From the NCBI RefSeq assembly GCF_003790525.1, contig NZ_CP033635.1: a stretch of 64,000 nt of DNA; one strand, written 5' to 3'. Made by a program: the position numbers and the translations under genes. Below are positions 1 through 11,018 of this stretch, one piece after another. The stretch's first letter is position 1. Every line of letters starts with the position of its first letter. The notes beneath the pieces were generated by a model. That model was not told the origin of the DNA. It searched no databases and saw only the letters and a list, made by a program, of their open reading frames with translations. The DNA comes from Escherichia coli (GTDB lineage: Bacteria; Pseudomonadota; Gammaproteobacteria; Enterobacterales; Enterobacteriaceae).

Positions 1-22
1 AAATATAGGGTAAAAACTTCAT
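1..22 (-). CDS. evgS: Sensor kinase EvgS, first 7 codons only (continues off-window)
   Basis: Reverse complement of 1-22 reads ATG AAG TTT TTA CCC TAT ATT (MKFLPYI), the remembered EvgS N-terminus, starting 5 nt after the evgA stop. Confidence 0.6.
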
Positions 23-26
23 GTGG

Positions 27-641
27 TTAGCCGATTTTGTTACGTTGTGCGAATGTGTAAAGATCCATCAGTGATTTGCATTCTAATTTTTCCATCAAGC
101 GACTTTTATACGTGCTGACAGTTTTGTTGCTGATGAACATTTTTTCAGCAATGTCATTATTATCCTTGCCATCAAGAATATACCGCATGACACTAATTTC
201 TTGTTTCGATAAGGAGTCGAGTTTTTGCTGGTCGGACGTTAAACTTCCAACAAACCGGTTGAGAGAGAAGGGGAAATAGCAGTAGCCATTTTTTGCAGCT
301 TCAATAGCCGCAATGATATTGTTCATGCCTTCTTTTTTACTCACGAAACCATTAGCGCCAGCATCAGCACAATGTTTCCCGTAAAAATGGTCATTTTTAG
401 CGGAGACAATAATAATAATTCCGCTATATTGGCGCTTTCTCAGCGTTTCTAACACCTGGATACCGTTAACTCCGGGGATATCGACATCAATGATGACGAT
501 ATCAGGCTTAAGTGTTTCCACCCGCTGAACGGCACTTCCGCCTTCAGTCAACTCTGCTAAGATTTCAATATCGTTTTTGATCAATAAATTACGAATTGCT
601 GCGATAGCAAGAGGATGGTCATCAATAATTATTGCGTTCAT
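27..641 (-). CDS. evgA: Response regulator EvgA (NarL/FixJ family)
   Basis: 204-aa ORF, MNAIIIDDHPLAIAAIRNLL..., receiver domain plus C-terminal LuxR-type HTH; K-12 synteny with emrKY. Confidence 0.95.
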   Translation of the reverse strand: MNAIIIDDHPLAIAAIRNLLIKNDIEILAELTEGGSAVQRVETLKPDIVIIDVDIPGVNGIQVLETLRKRQYSGIIIIVSAKNDHFYGKHCADAGANGFVSKKEGMNNIIAAIEAAKNGYCYFPFSLNRFVGSLTSDQQKLDSLSKQEISVMRYILDGKDNNDIAEKMFISNKTVSTYKSRLMEKLECKSLMDLYTFAQRNKIG

Positions 642-866
642 AGATTATTCCCTTTGCAATGAAGCATCTCCCTTCTCCCTGTAGTAATACAGACATAAGG
701 CATCATCTCATTTTCTCAATAAAAATAAGAAAATTTGAGCTTCCTTTAAGATAATTCGACAAGTATACCATATAAATAGTCGGCATATATGAAATGTCAA
801 CAATAAAATCAGGGATTGTACCGATGATTTATAGTTTCACATTAGCACTATAAGTCTTCTCACTAA

Positions 867-883
867 TCCTACAGGCGTAAGAA
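867..883. promoter_or_regulatory. Candidate EvgA box in evgA-emrK divergent promoter region
   Basis: TCCTACAGGCGTAAGAA resembles the EvgA inverted-repeat consensus (TTCYTACA-N-TGTARGAA) as I recall it; lies in the 415-bp intergenic region. Confidence 0.35.
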
Positions 884-1056
884 TTGTATTGCAAAAGCCA
901 CGGTTTAGTCCTCTGTTGTTTTTTTTGCACCTCATTTAAATTAGGCCTCCAACGTTCCTGGGATAATGTGCAACACATGCACTGTGTTTGATATGAAGAA
1001 TGAATACTCTTTTCATTCAATTCATAAATTTCATCTATGCGAAATGAGAGATAAAA

Positions 1057-2220
1057 GTGGAACAGATTAATTCAAATAAAAAACATTCTGACAGAAAAAA
1101 ATATTTTGCTTTGTTAGCGGTAGTTTTATTTATTGCGTTTTCAGGTGCCTATGCCTATTGGTCAATGGAATTAGAAGACATGATTAGTACAGATGACGCC
1201 TATGTCACGGGAAATGCAGATCCAATTTCTGCACAAGTTTCAGGCAGCGTCACTGTCGTTAATCATAAAGATACGAACTACGTTCGACAGGGTGACATTT
1301 TAGTCTCACTGGATAAGACTGATGCCACTATCGCACTCAATAAAGCTAAAAATAATCTGGCCAATATTGTTCGGCAAACGAATAAACTGTACTTACAGGA
1401 TAAACAATACAGTGCCGAAGTCGCTTCAGCTCGTATTCAGTATCAACAATCTTTAGAAGATTATAACCGTCGTGTACCTTTAGCGAAGCAGGGGGTTATT
1501 TCAAAAGAAACGCTGGAGCATACCAAAGATACGTTAATAAGTAGCAAAGCGGCATTGAATGCTGCTATTCAGGCTTATAAAGCGAATAAAGCTTTAGTAA
1601 TGAACACACCATTAAACCGTCAGCCACAAGTCGTTGAAGCGGCGGATGCAACCAAAGAAGCCTGGTTGGCGCTTAAACGTACGGATATTAAGAGTCCGGT
1701 TACCGGCTATATTGCCCAGCGAAGTGTTCAGGTCGGCGAAACAGTGAGTCCCGGACAATCGTTAATGGCTGTCGTACCGGCACGTCAAATGTGGGTTAAT
1801 GCCAACTTTAAAGAAACACAACTCACGGATGTGCGGATTGGTCAATCGGTCAATATTATTAGCGATCTTTATGGTGAAAATGTTGTGTTTCATGGTCGGG
1901 TGACAGGGATCAATATGGGAACCGGCAATGCGTTCTCCTTATTACCTGCACAAAATGCGACAGGGAATTGGATCAAAATCGTTCAGCGTGTACCGGTTGA
2001 GGTTTCTCTTGATCCAAAAGAACTCATGGAACATCCCTTGCGCATTGGTTTATCGATGACTGCAACTATTGATACCAGGAACGAAGACATTGCCGATATG
2101 CCCGATCTGGCTTCAACCGTGACGTCCATGCCTGCTTATACCAGTAAGGCTTTAATTATCGATACCAGTCCGATAGAAAAAGAAATTAGCAACATTATTT
2201 CGCATAATGGACAACTTTAA
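1057..2220 (+). CDS. emrK: Multidrug efflux membrane fusion protein EmrK (EmrA paralog)
   Basis: 387-aa ORF with N-terminal TM and HlyD-like coiled-coil/barrel region; stop overlaps emrY start. Confidence 0.9.
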   Translation: MEQINSNKKHSDRKKYFALLAVVLFIAFSGAYAYWSMELEDMISTDDAYVTGNADPISAQVSGSVTVVNHKDTNYVRQGDILVSLDKTDATIALNKAKNNLANIVRQTNKLYLQDKQYSAEVASARIQYQQSLEDYNRRVPLAKQGVISKETLEHTKDTLISSKAALNAAIQAYKANKALVMNTPLNRQPQVVEAADATKEAWLALKRTDIKSPVTGYIAQRSVQVGETVSPGQSLMAVVPARQMWVNANFKETQLTDVRIGQSVNIISDLYGENVVFHGRVTGINMGTGNAFSLLPAQNATGNWIKIVQRVPVEVSLDPKELMEHPLRIGLSMTATIDTRNEDIADMPDLASTVTSMPAYTSKALIIDTSPIEKEISNIISHNGQL

Positions 2221-3758
2221 TGGCAATCACTAAATCAACTCCGGCACCATTAACCGGTGGGACGTTATGGTGCGTTACTATTGCATTGTCATTAGCGACG
2301 TTTATGCAAATGTTGGATTCCACTATTTCTAACGTCGCAATACCGACAATATCTGGCTTTCTGGGAGCATCAACAGACGAAGGCACCTGGGTTATCACTT
2401 CGTTTGGCGTAGCAAATGCCATTGCGATCCCTGTTACCGGCAGGCTGGCACAAAGAATAGGCGAATTAAGGTTATTTTTACTTTCAGTCACTTTTTTTTC
2501 GCTGTCTTCCTTAATGTGTAGTTTATCGACCAATCTTGATGTGCTGATATTTTTTAGAGTCGTTCAGGGATTAATGGCGGGGCCGTTAATTCCACTGTCA
2601 CAGAGTTTATTATTAAGGAATTATCCACCAGAAAAAAGAACATTTGCTCTGGCATTATGGTCTATGACCGTGATTATCGCGCCGATATGTGGGCCGATAT
2701 TGGGCGGTTATATTTGTGATAACTTTAGCTGGGGTTGGATATTTTTAATCAATGTCCCTATGGGGATTATCGTCCTGACATTATGCTTAACCTTACTTAA
2801 AGGAAGAGAAACCGAGACTTCACCGGTCAAAATGAATCTACCAGGACTGACCCTGTTAGTGCTCGGTGTTGGTGGCTTGCAAATTATGCTTGATAAAGGG
2901 CGCGATCTGGATTGGTTCAACTCGAGTACAATAATAATACTAACAGTAGTATCAGTTATTTCTCTGATCTCTTTAGTCATTTGGGAGTCGACCTCAGAGA
3001 ACCCGATTCTTGATCTCAGTTTGTTTAAGTCCCGTAATTTCACCATTGGTATTGTGAGTATCACATGCGCGTATTTATTTTACTCTGGAGCGATCGTCCT
3101 TATGCCGCAGTTACTCCAGGAAACGATGGGGTATAATGCGATATGGGCCGGGCTTGCTTATGCGCCCATCGGTATCATGCCGCTATTAATATCACCTTTG
3201 ATAGGACGTTATGGCAACAAAATAGATATGCGGTTGTTGGTGACATTTAGTTTTTTGATGTATGCGGTTTGCTATTACTGGCGTTCTGTGACATTTATGC
3301 CAACGATTGATTTTACAGGCATCATTTTGCCACAGTTTTTTCAGGGATTCGCCGTTGCCTGTTTCTTTTTACCCTTAACAACGATTTCGTTTTCAGGCTT
3401 GCCAGATAATAAATTTGCCAATGCCTCGAGTATGAGTAATTTTTTTCGCACCTTGTCAGGATCAGTTGGTACGTCGTTGACAATGACGCTGTGGGGACGC
3501 CGAGAATCATTACACCATAGTCAGTTGACAGCAACCATCGATCAATTTAACCCCGTGTTTAATTCATCGTCACAAATTATGGATAAATACTATGGTTCGC
3601 TTTCAGGAGTTCTTAATGAAATTAATAATGAAATAACCCAGCAGTCACTTTCTATTTCTGCAAATGAGATTTTCCGTATGGCGGCTATTGCTTTTATCTT
3701 ACTTACGGTTTTGGTTTGGTTTGCGAAACCGCCGTTTACAGCGAAAGGCGTTGGGTGA
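2220..3758 (+). CDS. emrY: MFS multidrug efflux pump EmrY (EmrB paralog)
   Basis: 512-aa polytopic membrane protein, 14-TM DHA2-type; ATGG overlap with emrK. Confidence 0.9.
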   Translation: MAITKSTPAPLTGGTLWCVTIALSLATFMQMLDSTISNVAIPTISGFLGASTDEGTWVITSFGVANAIAIPVTGRLAQRIGELRLFLLSVTFFSLSSLMCSLSTNLDVLIFFRVVQGLMAGPLIPLSQSLLLRNYPPEKRTFALALWSMTVIIAPICGPILGGYICDNFSWGWIFLINVPMGIIVLTLCLTLLKGRETETSPVKMNLPGLTLLVLGVGGLQIMLDKGRDLDWFNSSTIIILTVVSVISLISLVIWESTSENPILDLSLFKSRNFTIGIVSITCAYLFYSGAIVLMPQLLQETMGYNAIWAGLAYAPIGIMPLLISPLIGRYGNKIDMRLLVTFSFLMYAVCYYWRSVTFMPTIDFTGIILPQFFQGFAVACFFLPLTTISFSGLPDNKFANASSMSNFFRTLSGSVGTSLTMTLWGRRESLHHSQLTATIDQFNPVFNSSSQIMDKYYGSLSGVLNEINNEITQQSLSISANEIFRMAAIAFILLTVLVWFAKPPFTAKGVG

Positions 3759-3862
3759 TGGTAAAAGCAAGGGGTTATAGCGGGTAAGACCGGGGATCTT
3801 AAGTCTGCGCCATCGGCAGCATCGCTCACCCAGGGAAAGGATGGCGATGCTGCGTTGAAACG

Positions 3863-5194
3863 TTATGAACGGCCTTTTGCCAGATATTGCTCCATCTCTT
3901 CTTCCGGCACCATTCCACCTCCCGTCGCCCACACCAGATGAGTGGCATTATGCAGTTGTTCTGCGCTGAAACCGTGCATCTGTTGGTAACTTACTGATGC
4001 GCACACGCGCTGAGGCCCAGCCATACCCGCCAGTGCCGAAGGTTCAAGACGAATACCTTCTTCCTGCGCCAGCCAGCCAAGCATGTCATACATGGTTTGA
4101 TCGCTAAGGGTATAGAAGCCATCCAGCAGACGCTCCATCGCCCGCCCGACAAAGCCTGATGCGCGACCAACTGCAAGGCCATCCGCTGCGGTAAGGTTGT
4201 CGATACCAATATCCTGAACAGAAATCTGATCGTGTAATCCTGTATGGACGCCTAACAACATACAAGGGGAGTGCGTTGGTTCGGCAAAAAAGCAGTGAAC
4301 ATGATCGCCAAACGCCAGTTTAAGTCCGAATGCGACGCCACCAGGACCACCACCAACACCACACGGCAGATAGACAAACAGAGGGTTATCAGCATCGACG
4401 ATACGACCTTGCTGGGCAAATTGCGCTTTAAGACGCTGGCCAGCGACGGAATACCCAAGGAACAACGTGCGGGAATTCTCGTCATCAATAAAGAAACAGT
4501 TCGGGTCAGACTGCGCTGCTTTACGTCCTTCCTCGACAGCAACACCATAATCTTGCTCATATTCCACGACTGTAACGCCATGGCTGCGCAGTTTCGCTTT
4601 TTTCCACGTCCGGGCATCAGCAGACATATGCACTGTCACCTTAAAGCCAATGCGGGCGCTCATTATGCCGATTGATAACCCCAGATTTCCGGTTGAGCCC
4701 ACAGCAATGCTGTATTGACTAAAGAACTGTTTAAACTCCGGGGAAAGCAGTTTGCTGTAGTCATCTTCAAGCGTCAGCAACCCCGCTTCCAGAGCCAGTT
4801 TTTCTGCATGTGCCAGGACTTCATAAATCCCGCCGCGTGCTTTTATGGAGCCGGAAATGGGCAAATGGCTATCTTTTTTCAGTAGCAGTTGCCCGCTGAT
4901 CGGTTGTTGATATTCCTTTTCCAGCCGTTTTTGCATAGCCGGAATGGCAACCAGTTCTGATTCAATAATCCCCCCAGTAGCAGCAGTTTCAGGAAATGCT
5001 TTTGCCAGATAGGGTGCAAAACGGGATAAGCGCGCATGGGCGTCCTGAACATCCTGTTCGGTCAGGCCAACATAAGGTAAACCTTCAGCCAATGAGGTCG
5101 TGCCAGGATTAAACCAGGTGGTTTCTTGAAGAGCAACCAGATCCTCTACCAACGGATACTGGGCGATGAGCGAATTCATTTTAGCGTTTTCCAT
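3863..5194 (-). CDS. dsdA: D-serine dehydratase (PLP-dependent)
   Basis: 443-aa [34 protein letters not shown]..., PLP lysine motif region SGSIKARGG. Confidence 0.95.
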   Translation of the reverse strand: MENAKMNSLIAQYPLVEDLVALQETTWFNPGTTSLAEGLPYVGLTEQDVQDAHARLSRFAPYLAKAFPETAATGGIIESELVAIPAMQKRLEKEYQQPISGQLLLKKDSHLPISGSIKARGGIYEVLAHAEKLALEAGLLTLEDDYSKLLSPEFKQFFSQYSIAVGSTGNLGLSIGIMSARIGFKVTVHMSADARTWKKAKLRSHGVTVVEYEQDYGVAVEEGRKAAQSDPNCFFIDDENSRTLFLGYSVAGQRLKAQFAQQGRIVDADNPLFVYLPCGVGGGPGGVAFGLKLAFGDHVHCFFAEPTHSPCMLLGVHTGLHDQISVQDIGIDNLTAADGLAVGRASGFVGRAMERLLDGFYTLSDQTMYDMLGWLAQEEGIRLEPSALAGMAGPQRVCASVSYQQMHGFSAEQLHNATHLVWATGGGMVPEEEMEQYLAKGRS

Positions 5195-5211
5195 AGTACG
5201 TCTCTTTGCGC

Positions 5212-6549
5212 TTAGATGATAAATGACAGCAGGAATGTGCCCGCCAGAGCGACGACCGAAGCGATAAATGTCGCGGTCGTATAGTATTTAAATGTTTCAT
5301 TGAGCGTAGCGCCGCAATATTGCTTCACCAGCCAGAAAAGCGAGTCCGTAACGATCGTGCAGCCAATCGCACCTGAACCGATAGCAATCGCAATAATTTC
5401 CGGGCTGATGTCGGGATACAGCGGCAGCATGGGTGCAACAATTGCCGTTGCCCCCATCATTGCCACCGTAGCGGAGCCCACTGCAGCATGCAGAATAAGT
5501 GCCACCAACCAGGCCAGAAGAATCGGGTGCATATGCATATTGGAGAGAATAACTGCCAGCGTATCAGCGAGACTGCTGCTTTTTAAAATGGCGTTGAATG
5601 CGCCTCCGGCCCCGATAATCAGCAAAATATTAGCAATAGAACCGAAGCCATTTTCCGTATGTGTGAGCATTGTCCCCATGCTCATATGCTGGCGTATACC
5701 CAACACATAATAGGCGACAAACACGGCGATAAACATGGCAGTAATAGGGTTGCCAATAAACTCAAGCAAGGTATACAAACCACTCTCACGCGCCATATTC
5801 AATTCGGCAATCGTTTTAACCAACATCAGCGCAATGGGTAGCAGTATGGTGAATAACGTTGCGCCTAATGACGGTAGTGTTTTTTCATCGCGAACTTTGA
5901 GATCGGCAAACTCTGTGGGTACAGGTTTAAAGGGCAGTCGTTGACCCAGAAATTTAAGGAAAAGTGGGCCACCGATCAGTGATGCCATCAGCCCAACCAG
6001 CAAACCGTAGACGATCACCGAACCGATATCTGCGCCCAGCTTATTGGCAACATATAAAGCAGCCGGATGTGGGGGAACCACGCAGTGCACTGCCATCAAT
6101 GCGGTACATAGCGGAATGGCCAGCTTTAACAATGAGGTATTGGTTTTTTTGGCAATTGAAAAAGCCAGAGGAATCAATAGCACGACGCCCACTTCAACAA
6201 ATAGCGTGATGCCGCAAATCAGGCCAACCAGCACCATAATGACATCAGCTGAAAGCCAGCGACAGCGTTGAAGTGTCAGACCAATTCTTTCTGCGGCCCC
6301 GGATACTTCCATCATTTTTCCCAGTATCGTGCCCAGGCCGATAACCGCAGCAAGGAACCCCAGCGTTCCGCCAATTCCACTTTCAATAGCATTTACCATA
6401 TCCAGTGGTCCCATACCCATCATCGTTCCCACGAAGAAGCTGGCCAGCAACAGCGCCAGAAACGGGTGGAATTTGAACTTCACGATGGTCAGTACAATTA
6501 ACACGATGCTGATAAGCAGCGTGCTCACAACCCAGATTTGAGAGTGCAT
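5212..6549 (-). CDS. dsdX: D-serine/gluconate permease (GntP family)
   Basis: 445-aa highly hydrophobic ORF directly upstream of dsdA on the same strand. Confidence 0.9.
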   Translation of the reverse strand: MHSQIWVVSTLLISIVLIVLTIVKFKFHPFLALLLASFFVGTMMGMGPLDMVNAIESGIGGTLGFLAAVIGLGTILGKMMEVSGAAERIGLTLQRCRWLSADVIMVLVGLICGITLFVEVGVVLLIPLAFSIAKKTNTSLLKLAIPLCTALMAVHCVVPPHPAALYVANKLGADIGSVIVYGLLVGLMASLIGGPLFLKFLGQRLPFKPVPTEFADLKVRDEKTLPSLGATLFTILLPIALMLVKTIAELNMARESGLYTLLEFIGNPITAMFIAVFVAYYVLGIRQHMSMGTMLTHTENGFGSIANILLIIGAGGAFNAILKSSSLADTLAVILSNMHMHPILLAWLVALILHAAVGSATVAMMGATAIVAPMLPLYPDISPEIIAIAIGSGAIGCTIVTDSLFWLVKQYCGATLNETFKYYTTATFIASVVALAGTFLLSFII

Positions 6550-6760
6550 ATCTCACCTTCCCCTGTGATTAACCTGATGATATTGGACAAAAAAACAACG
6601 CAGGCTGACAAACGATAAAATTTGCCTTTCACATGAGCTAAATTGCATCAAGGGAGTGATTTACATCTAAAAATGAAGGTGAATTGAGATATGGTTCACT
6701 TTAGCTCACCTTACAGCTGAAATTTTGCCGCTATTTTTTTACACTTAAGAGAAAAATGAG

Positions 6761-7714
6761 GTGATTATGGAACCCCTTCGTGAAATAAGAAATCGACTGC
6801 TTAACGGCTGGCAACTATCAAAACTGCATACTTTTGAAGTGGCTGCCAGGCATCAGTCCTTCGCCCTTGCGGCAGAGGAATTGTCGCTGAGCCCCAGTGC
6901 GGTAAGTCACCGTATCAATCAGCTGGAAGAAGAATTAGGTATTCAGTTGTTTGTTCGTTCCCATCGCAAAGTGGAATTAACGCACGAGGGGAAACGCGTT
7001 TATTGGGCGCTAAAATCGTCGCTGGATACCCTGAACCAGGAAATTCTTGATATCAAAAATCAGGAATTATCGGGAACGTTAACGCTGTATTCCCGGCCCT
7101 CTATCGCCCAATGCTGGTTGGTGCCCGCATTAGGTGACTTTACACGCCGATATCCGTCTATTTCGCTCACCGTGCTCACTGGTAATGACAATGTCAATTT
7201 GCAACGTGCCGGAATCGATTTGGCGATCTACTTTGATGATGCGCCGTCAGCGCAATTGGCTCATCACTTTCTGATGGATGAAGAAATCTTGCCTGTATGT
7301 AGCCCGGAATACGCTCAAAGACATGCTTTAACCAACCAGGTAATTAACCTGCGCCACTGTACGTTGCTCCATGACAGACAGGCATGGAGCAACGACTCCG
7401 GTACGGATGAATGGCATAGTTGGGCGCAACATTATGCGGTTAATTTGCCGACATCTTCTGGGATTGGCTTTGATCGTTCTGATTTAGCTGTTATCGCTGC
7501 GATGAATCATATTGGGGTAGCGATGGGAAGAAAACGCCTGGTACAAAAAAGGCTTGCCAGTGGTGAGCTCGTCGCGCCGTTTGGCGATATGACGGTGAAA
7601 TGCCATCAGCATTATTACATCACCACATTACCGGGCAGGCAGTGGCCAAAAATTGAGGCATTTATTACTTGGTTAAGAGAACAGGTAAGTCAATATGAAT
7701 GTTATACCTTATAA
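6761..7714 (+). CDS. dsdC: LysR-type activator of dsdXA
   Basis: 317-aa ORF with N-terminal LysR HTH (FEVAARHQSFALAAEELSLSPSAVSHRINQLEEELG), divergent from dsdX. Confidence 0.9.
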   Translation: MIMEPLREIRNRLLNGWQLSKLHTFEVAARHQSFALAAEELSLSPSAVSHRINQLEEELGIQLFVRSHRKVELTHEGKRVYWALKSSLDTLNQEILDIKNQELSGTLTLYSRPSIAQCWLVPALGDFTRRYPSISLTVLTGNDNVNLQRAGIDLAIYFDDAPSAQLAHHFLMDEEILPVCSPEYAQRHALTNQVINLRHCTLLHDRQAWSNDSGTDEWHSWAQHYAVNLPTSSGIGFDRSDLAVIAAMNHIGVAMGRKRLVQKRLASGELVAPFGDMTVKCHQHYYITTLPGRQWPKIEAFITWLREQVSQYECYTL

Positions 7715-8108
7715 TACATTAAATCATCTGGTTCCTAAATAACCTTATTATGCACTGTAAGTGTATGTTGGCTTTATAAATTGCAATTTTTATATGGGAA
7801 TTGTTTTGTCAATAGTTACGAAAAGGATAAATAAAATAACCACATCTTCTTGGCGTCGAATATTGGAGAGCGATAATTTATAGTAAACTAGATTACCAGA
7901 GAAAAGATAAGTGGCAATATATTTGCTGGTGGCATTTTTATTAAATATTATATGTGTTGGTTTGTGACTTTAAAAAAATTAATTTTTAATAAAAAGGTGA
8001 TTTATTTCTCATTTTGATTAATATTGAGGATCCATTATGATTATCAGTTGTATGTCATAAAAATGAGAGGCTAAAAGCCTCAATGAATTGAGGCCTTTAG
8101 AACAGGGG

Positions 8109-8678
8109 TTATATCTTCTTTATATCTAACACATCACCCTCCCATACTCGTTTAAATCTTGCTGCATTACTGGCTGTATATAATACCGTATGATGTATAT
8201 TTCTGTGCCCTAAATAATCTTGTATTAGTCTGGTGTCTAACCCTTGATTAGCTAAAGCATACCCACAACCATGCCTAAGCATGTGAGGATGAATATTAAT
8301 ATTCATATTGTGACTATATTTCTTACACATCTTATACACATATTGTCTCGAGATTTTATTTCCTTGACAAGAAAGAAATAAAGAGTCTTCAAAAGGTTTT
8401 TTTACTATGTTATCACGTAGTGCTAGCCATTTTTTTAATAACAGAACAGTTTCTTTTTGCAGGGGATGTACTGTGGATAATCCATTTTTTAAACGCTTGA
8501 TATATATTGCTGACTCTGAAAAGTCAATGTCGCTAATCTTTAGTGCAATAAGCTCGCTTACCCTAAGACCATGTACATATGCCATTTGTAACATGGCTTT
8601 ATCTCTAATTTCATTTTTTGAACCGTTGATGGCTTCAAAAAATAACAACCATTCACTATGAGTAATAAATTTGCGCAT
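8109..8678 (-). CDS. FimB/FimE-family tyrosine site-specific recombinase (ipbA-like)
   Basis: 189-aa ORF; C-terminal HPHMLRHGCGYALANQGLDTRLIQDYLGHRNIHHTVLYT matches the FimB/FimE catalytic region. Confidence 0.8.
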   Translation of the reverse strand: MRKFITHSEWLLFFEAINGSKNEIRDKAMLQMAYVHGLRVSELIALKISDIDFSESAIYIKRLKNGLSTVHPLQKETVLLLKKWLALRDNIVKKPFEDSLFLSCQGNKISRQYVYKMCKKYSHNMNINIHPHMLRHGCGYALANQGLDTRLIQDYLGHRNIHHTVLYTASNAARFKRVWEGDVLDIKKI

Positions 8679-9426
8679 AATATTATCGGTTATACTAATT
8701 AAGTTAAAAAATAAACTATAAATACCAGAGCCTGGTATTATTGCTTGTTTTTTATAAGCAAATAATGAGCTGGGGTTTAAATTATGCCACTAAATGGATA
8801 TTCATCAATACCCCGCCAGAGAGATAGTTGCCCAGCGGGCATAGATCATTATTAGTCAACCAATGAGCATAAATAAGCACAAGGAGGTGTGTATTGCGAA
8901 TAGTAATTCAATGACATGCTGGTGGTTTTTTTGTGGTGAAAATATTTGTACCTTTTTGTTTACGGATGAAAAATAAACAGTCATATTATTTTGGTTAATT
9001 GTTGTGTTAGTTTTAACACTCGGTGATGTTTTTTGTTATAGTGCATTAATTTTTAAATAAAAAAATTCATACATTCATGGATGTAATATATACAAGATAC
9101 AATGTTAATTTTAGATAAAATATTAATTGCATTGGATACTTTTTAAATATGCCGATGTTGAGCTTAATTTTATGAGGGAATACTATTTCGGGTTGTAGGA
9201 CTTTTTTATAATCATCTTATAGGGCTCTTTATATTTACAGGAGGGTTTTGAACGATAGTTACATAACGAAGGTTGTTTATATGCGTTTACAAGCGATTAA
9301 TTAGATTAGGTGAATTTTAATAAATTAATCTATAATCATACAGCAACTATATGAATTATATTATTGACTAAATGTAATTCTTTCATCATAGTTGACATGG
9401 TTATTTTATATAAATAGAGGTGATTT

Positions 9427-10056
9427 ATGCAAAACAGAAAATTTTTAACGCATCATGAAATTAATTTACTACTTCAATCTGTAAGACAAAAGAGTTGCTC
9501 TTCACGCGATGTTTGCATGATTTTATTGGCTTATTTTCATGGTCTGCGTGTTAGTGAGCTCTTATCTCTGCAGTTGTCGGATTTAGAACTAACTACAGAA
9601 AAAATATATATTCAACGGATAAAAAATGGATTCAGTACAGTCCATCCACTTCAAAAGGAAGAGGTGATTGCAATAACAAACTGGCTGAATGAAAGGAATT
9701 CATTAAATGTTAAACATTTCAATGATAACCCGTGGTTATTTGTTTCCCGAACAGGAAAACCATTATCGAGACAACGATTTTATAACATAGTTTCTGCTGC
9801 GGGTAAAAATGCAGGTTTAAATATTAAAGTTCATCCACATATGTTACGCCATGCATGTGGTTATTCACTAGCAGATAATGGTGTGGATACCCGTCTTATT
9901 CAGGACTATCTCGGGCATCGTAATATCAGGCATACGGTAATTTATACTGCTTCTAATTCAATGAGATTTGAAAAAATGTGGGGGAGAGGTGACGCAAAAA
10001 AGCAACATTTTGACCCAAAATGTAAACCCAATCTTTGTTTAGAAATTCTCGTATAG
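9427..10056 (+). CDS. FimB/FimE-family tyrosine site-specific recombinase (ipuA-like)
   Basis: 209-aa ORF; HPHMLRHACGYSLADNGVDTRLIQDYLGHRNIRHTVIYT catalytic motif; paralog of 8109-8678, divergently oriented. Confidence 0.8.
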   Translation: MQNRKFLTHHEINLLLQSVRQKSCSSRDVCMILLAYFHGLRVSELLSLQLSDLELTTEKIYIQRIKNGFSTVHPLQKEEVIAITNWLNERNSLNVKHFNDNPWLFVSRTGKPLSRQRFYNIVSAAGKNAGLNIKVHPHMLRHACGYSLADNGVDTRLIQDYLGHRNIRHTVIYTASNSMRFEKMWGRGDAKKQHFDPKCKPNLCLEILV

Positions 10057-10285
10057 AAAAACATTTTTTTCTATAAAAAACATTAAATTTACTGATTTAG
10101 ATCAATGTGTGACGTCAATCTACACATAAAGAGGTAGGTTTGTCTTCTTTTTAATCTTTGGCGTATAAAGCCAAAATGTAAATAATAATCAAAATTATAT
10201 TCTGAATTAAAATAAATACGCAGGTTTTTTACCTGCGTTTTGTGCTATTTATAGTTAATTAAATTGATGTTGTCAAAATGGGTCA
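10011..10285. promoter_or_regulatory. Candidate invertible promoter switch (ipuS-like)
   Basis: 7-bp inverted repeat TGACCCA (10011-10017) / TGGGTCA (10279-10285), each followed by TGTAAACC; segment lies between recombinase and regulator and contains an intrinsic-terminator hairpin. Confidence 0.4.
10219..10241 (+). terminator. Hairpin plus T-run inside the candidate switch
   Basis: CGCAGGT-TTTTT-ACCTGCG followed by TTTT; A-rich upstream, so potentially bidirectional. Confidence 0.45.
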
Positions 10286-10373
10286 TTTTGTAAACCTGTG
10301 CCTCAAGGTTTGTCTCCCCCCGGTGTGCAAAGCAAAAGGAAATTGGGAAAGGGGATAACAGGAAATTGATTGC

Positions 10374-10994
10374 ATGGTTTTGATTACGACGACAAAAAAT
10401 ATTTTTATAATTCAAGCAATTAAGAGTATGCGTTGGCGGGGTTTTTCGTACGTGAAAGTCATCGCTGTGGACGACTATTCTTCTCTGATTCGTGATTTTG
10501 GCACATCTTGCTTTCGGGATGAGCAATCGTTGTTGTTACCTGTATTCCCTGATAATGATTCTACTACCTGTATACGCTCACTGTATTTCATTCACCAATG
10601 GCTAAAAAGCCAGCCTGTCAATATTCCGTGCCTGGCATGGGGGGATAATGGTGTAGTTAGTAATAAAGGCATACCTTCCATACCGTGGAAATTAACAGCA
10701 GAGCAATTTTGTTTCTATATAGATAAATTTATCAATGGCTGGAGGTGCAAAAAAAATATTCGCGCGAGTCATAAAGTTTCTTTTTTAGAACGACAATTAT
10801 CCCCGAGGGAGAAAAGTATCTTTATATATACCAAGGAAGGAAAAGATATTGCATGGATCTCTAACACCTTGGGTATATCCAGTAAGACTGTGTGGACGCA
10901 TCGTCGTAGAGCTATGGATAAACTCGGGGTAAAACGTTTACATCAATTTATAAATATTCCGCGTTCCCTTATTAGTGAAAATATTCAATTATAA
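10374..10994 (+). CDS. LuxR/GerE-type transcriptional regulator (ipuR-like)
   Basis: 206-aa ORF; C-terminal HTH LSPREKSIFIYTKEGKDIAWISNTLGISSKTVWTHRRRAMDKLGV; immediately upstream of the autotransporter. Confidence 0.7.
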   Translation: MVLITTTKNIFIIQAIKSMRWRGFSYVKVIAVDDYSSLIRDFGTSCFRDEQSLLLPVFPDNDSTTCIRSLYFIHQWLKSQPVNIPCLAWGDNGVVSNKGIPSIPWKLTAEQFCFYIDKFINGWRCKKNIRASHKVSFLERQLSPREKSIFIYTKEGKDIAWISNTLGISSKTVWTHRRRAMDKLGVKRLHQFINIPRSLISENIQL

Positions 10995-11018
10995 TGTACG
11001 TTCAAGAGTATTAGTGTT

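Noticed and set aside
5300-6541. Several plus-strand ORFs (60-136 aa) within dsdX
   Set aside because: Antisense to the well-supported dsdX permease gene; no independent signals.
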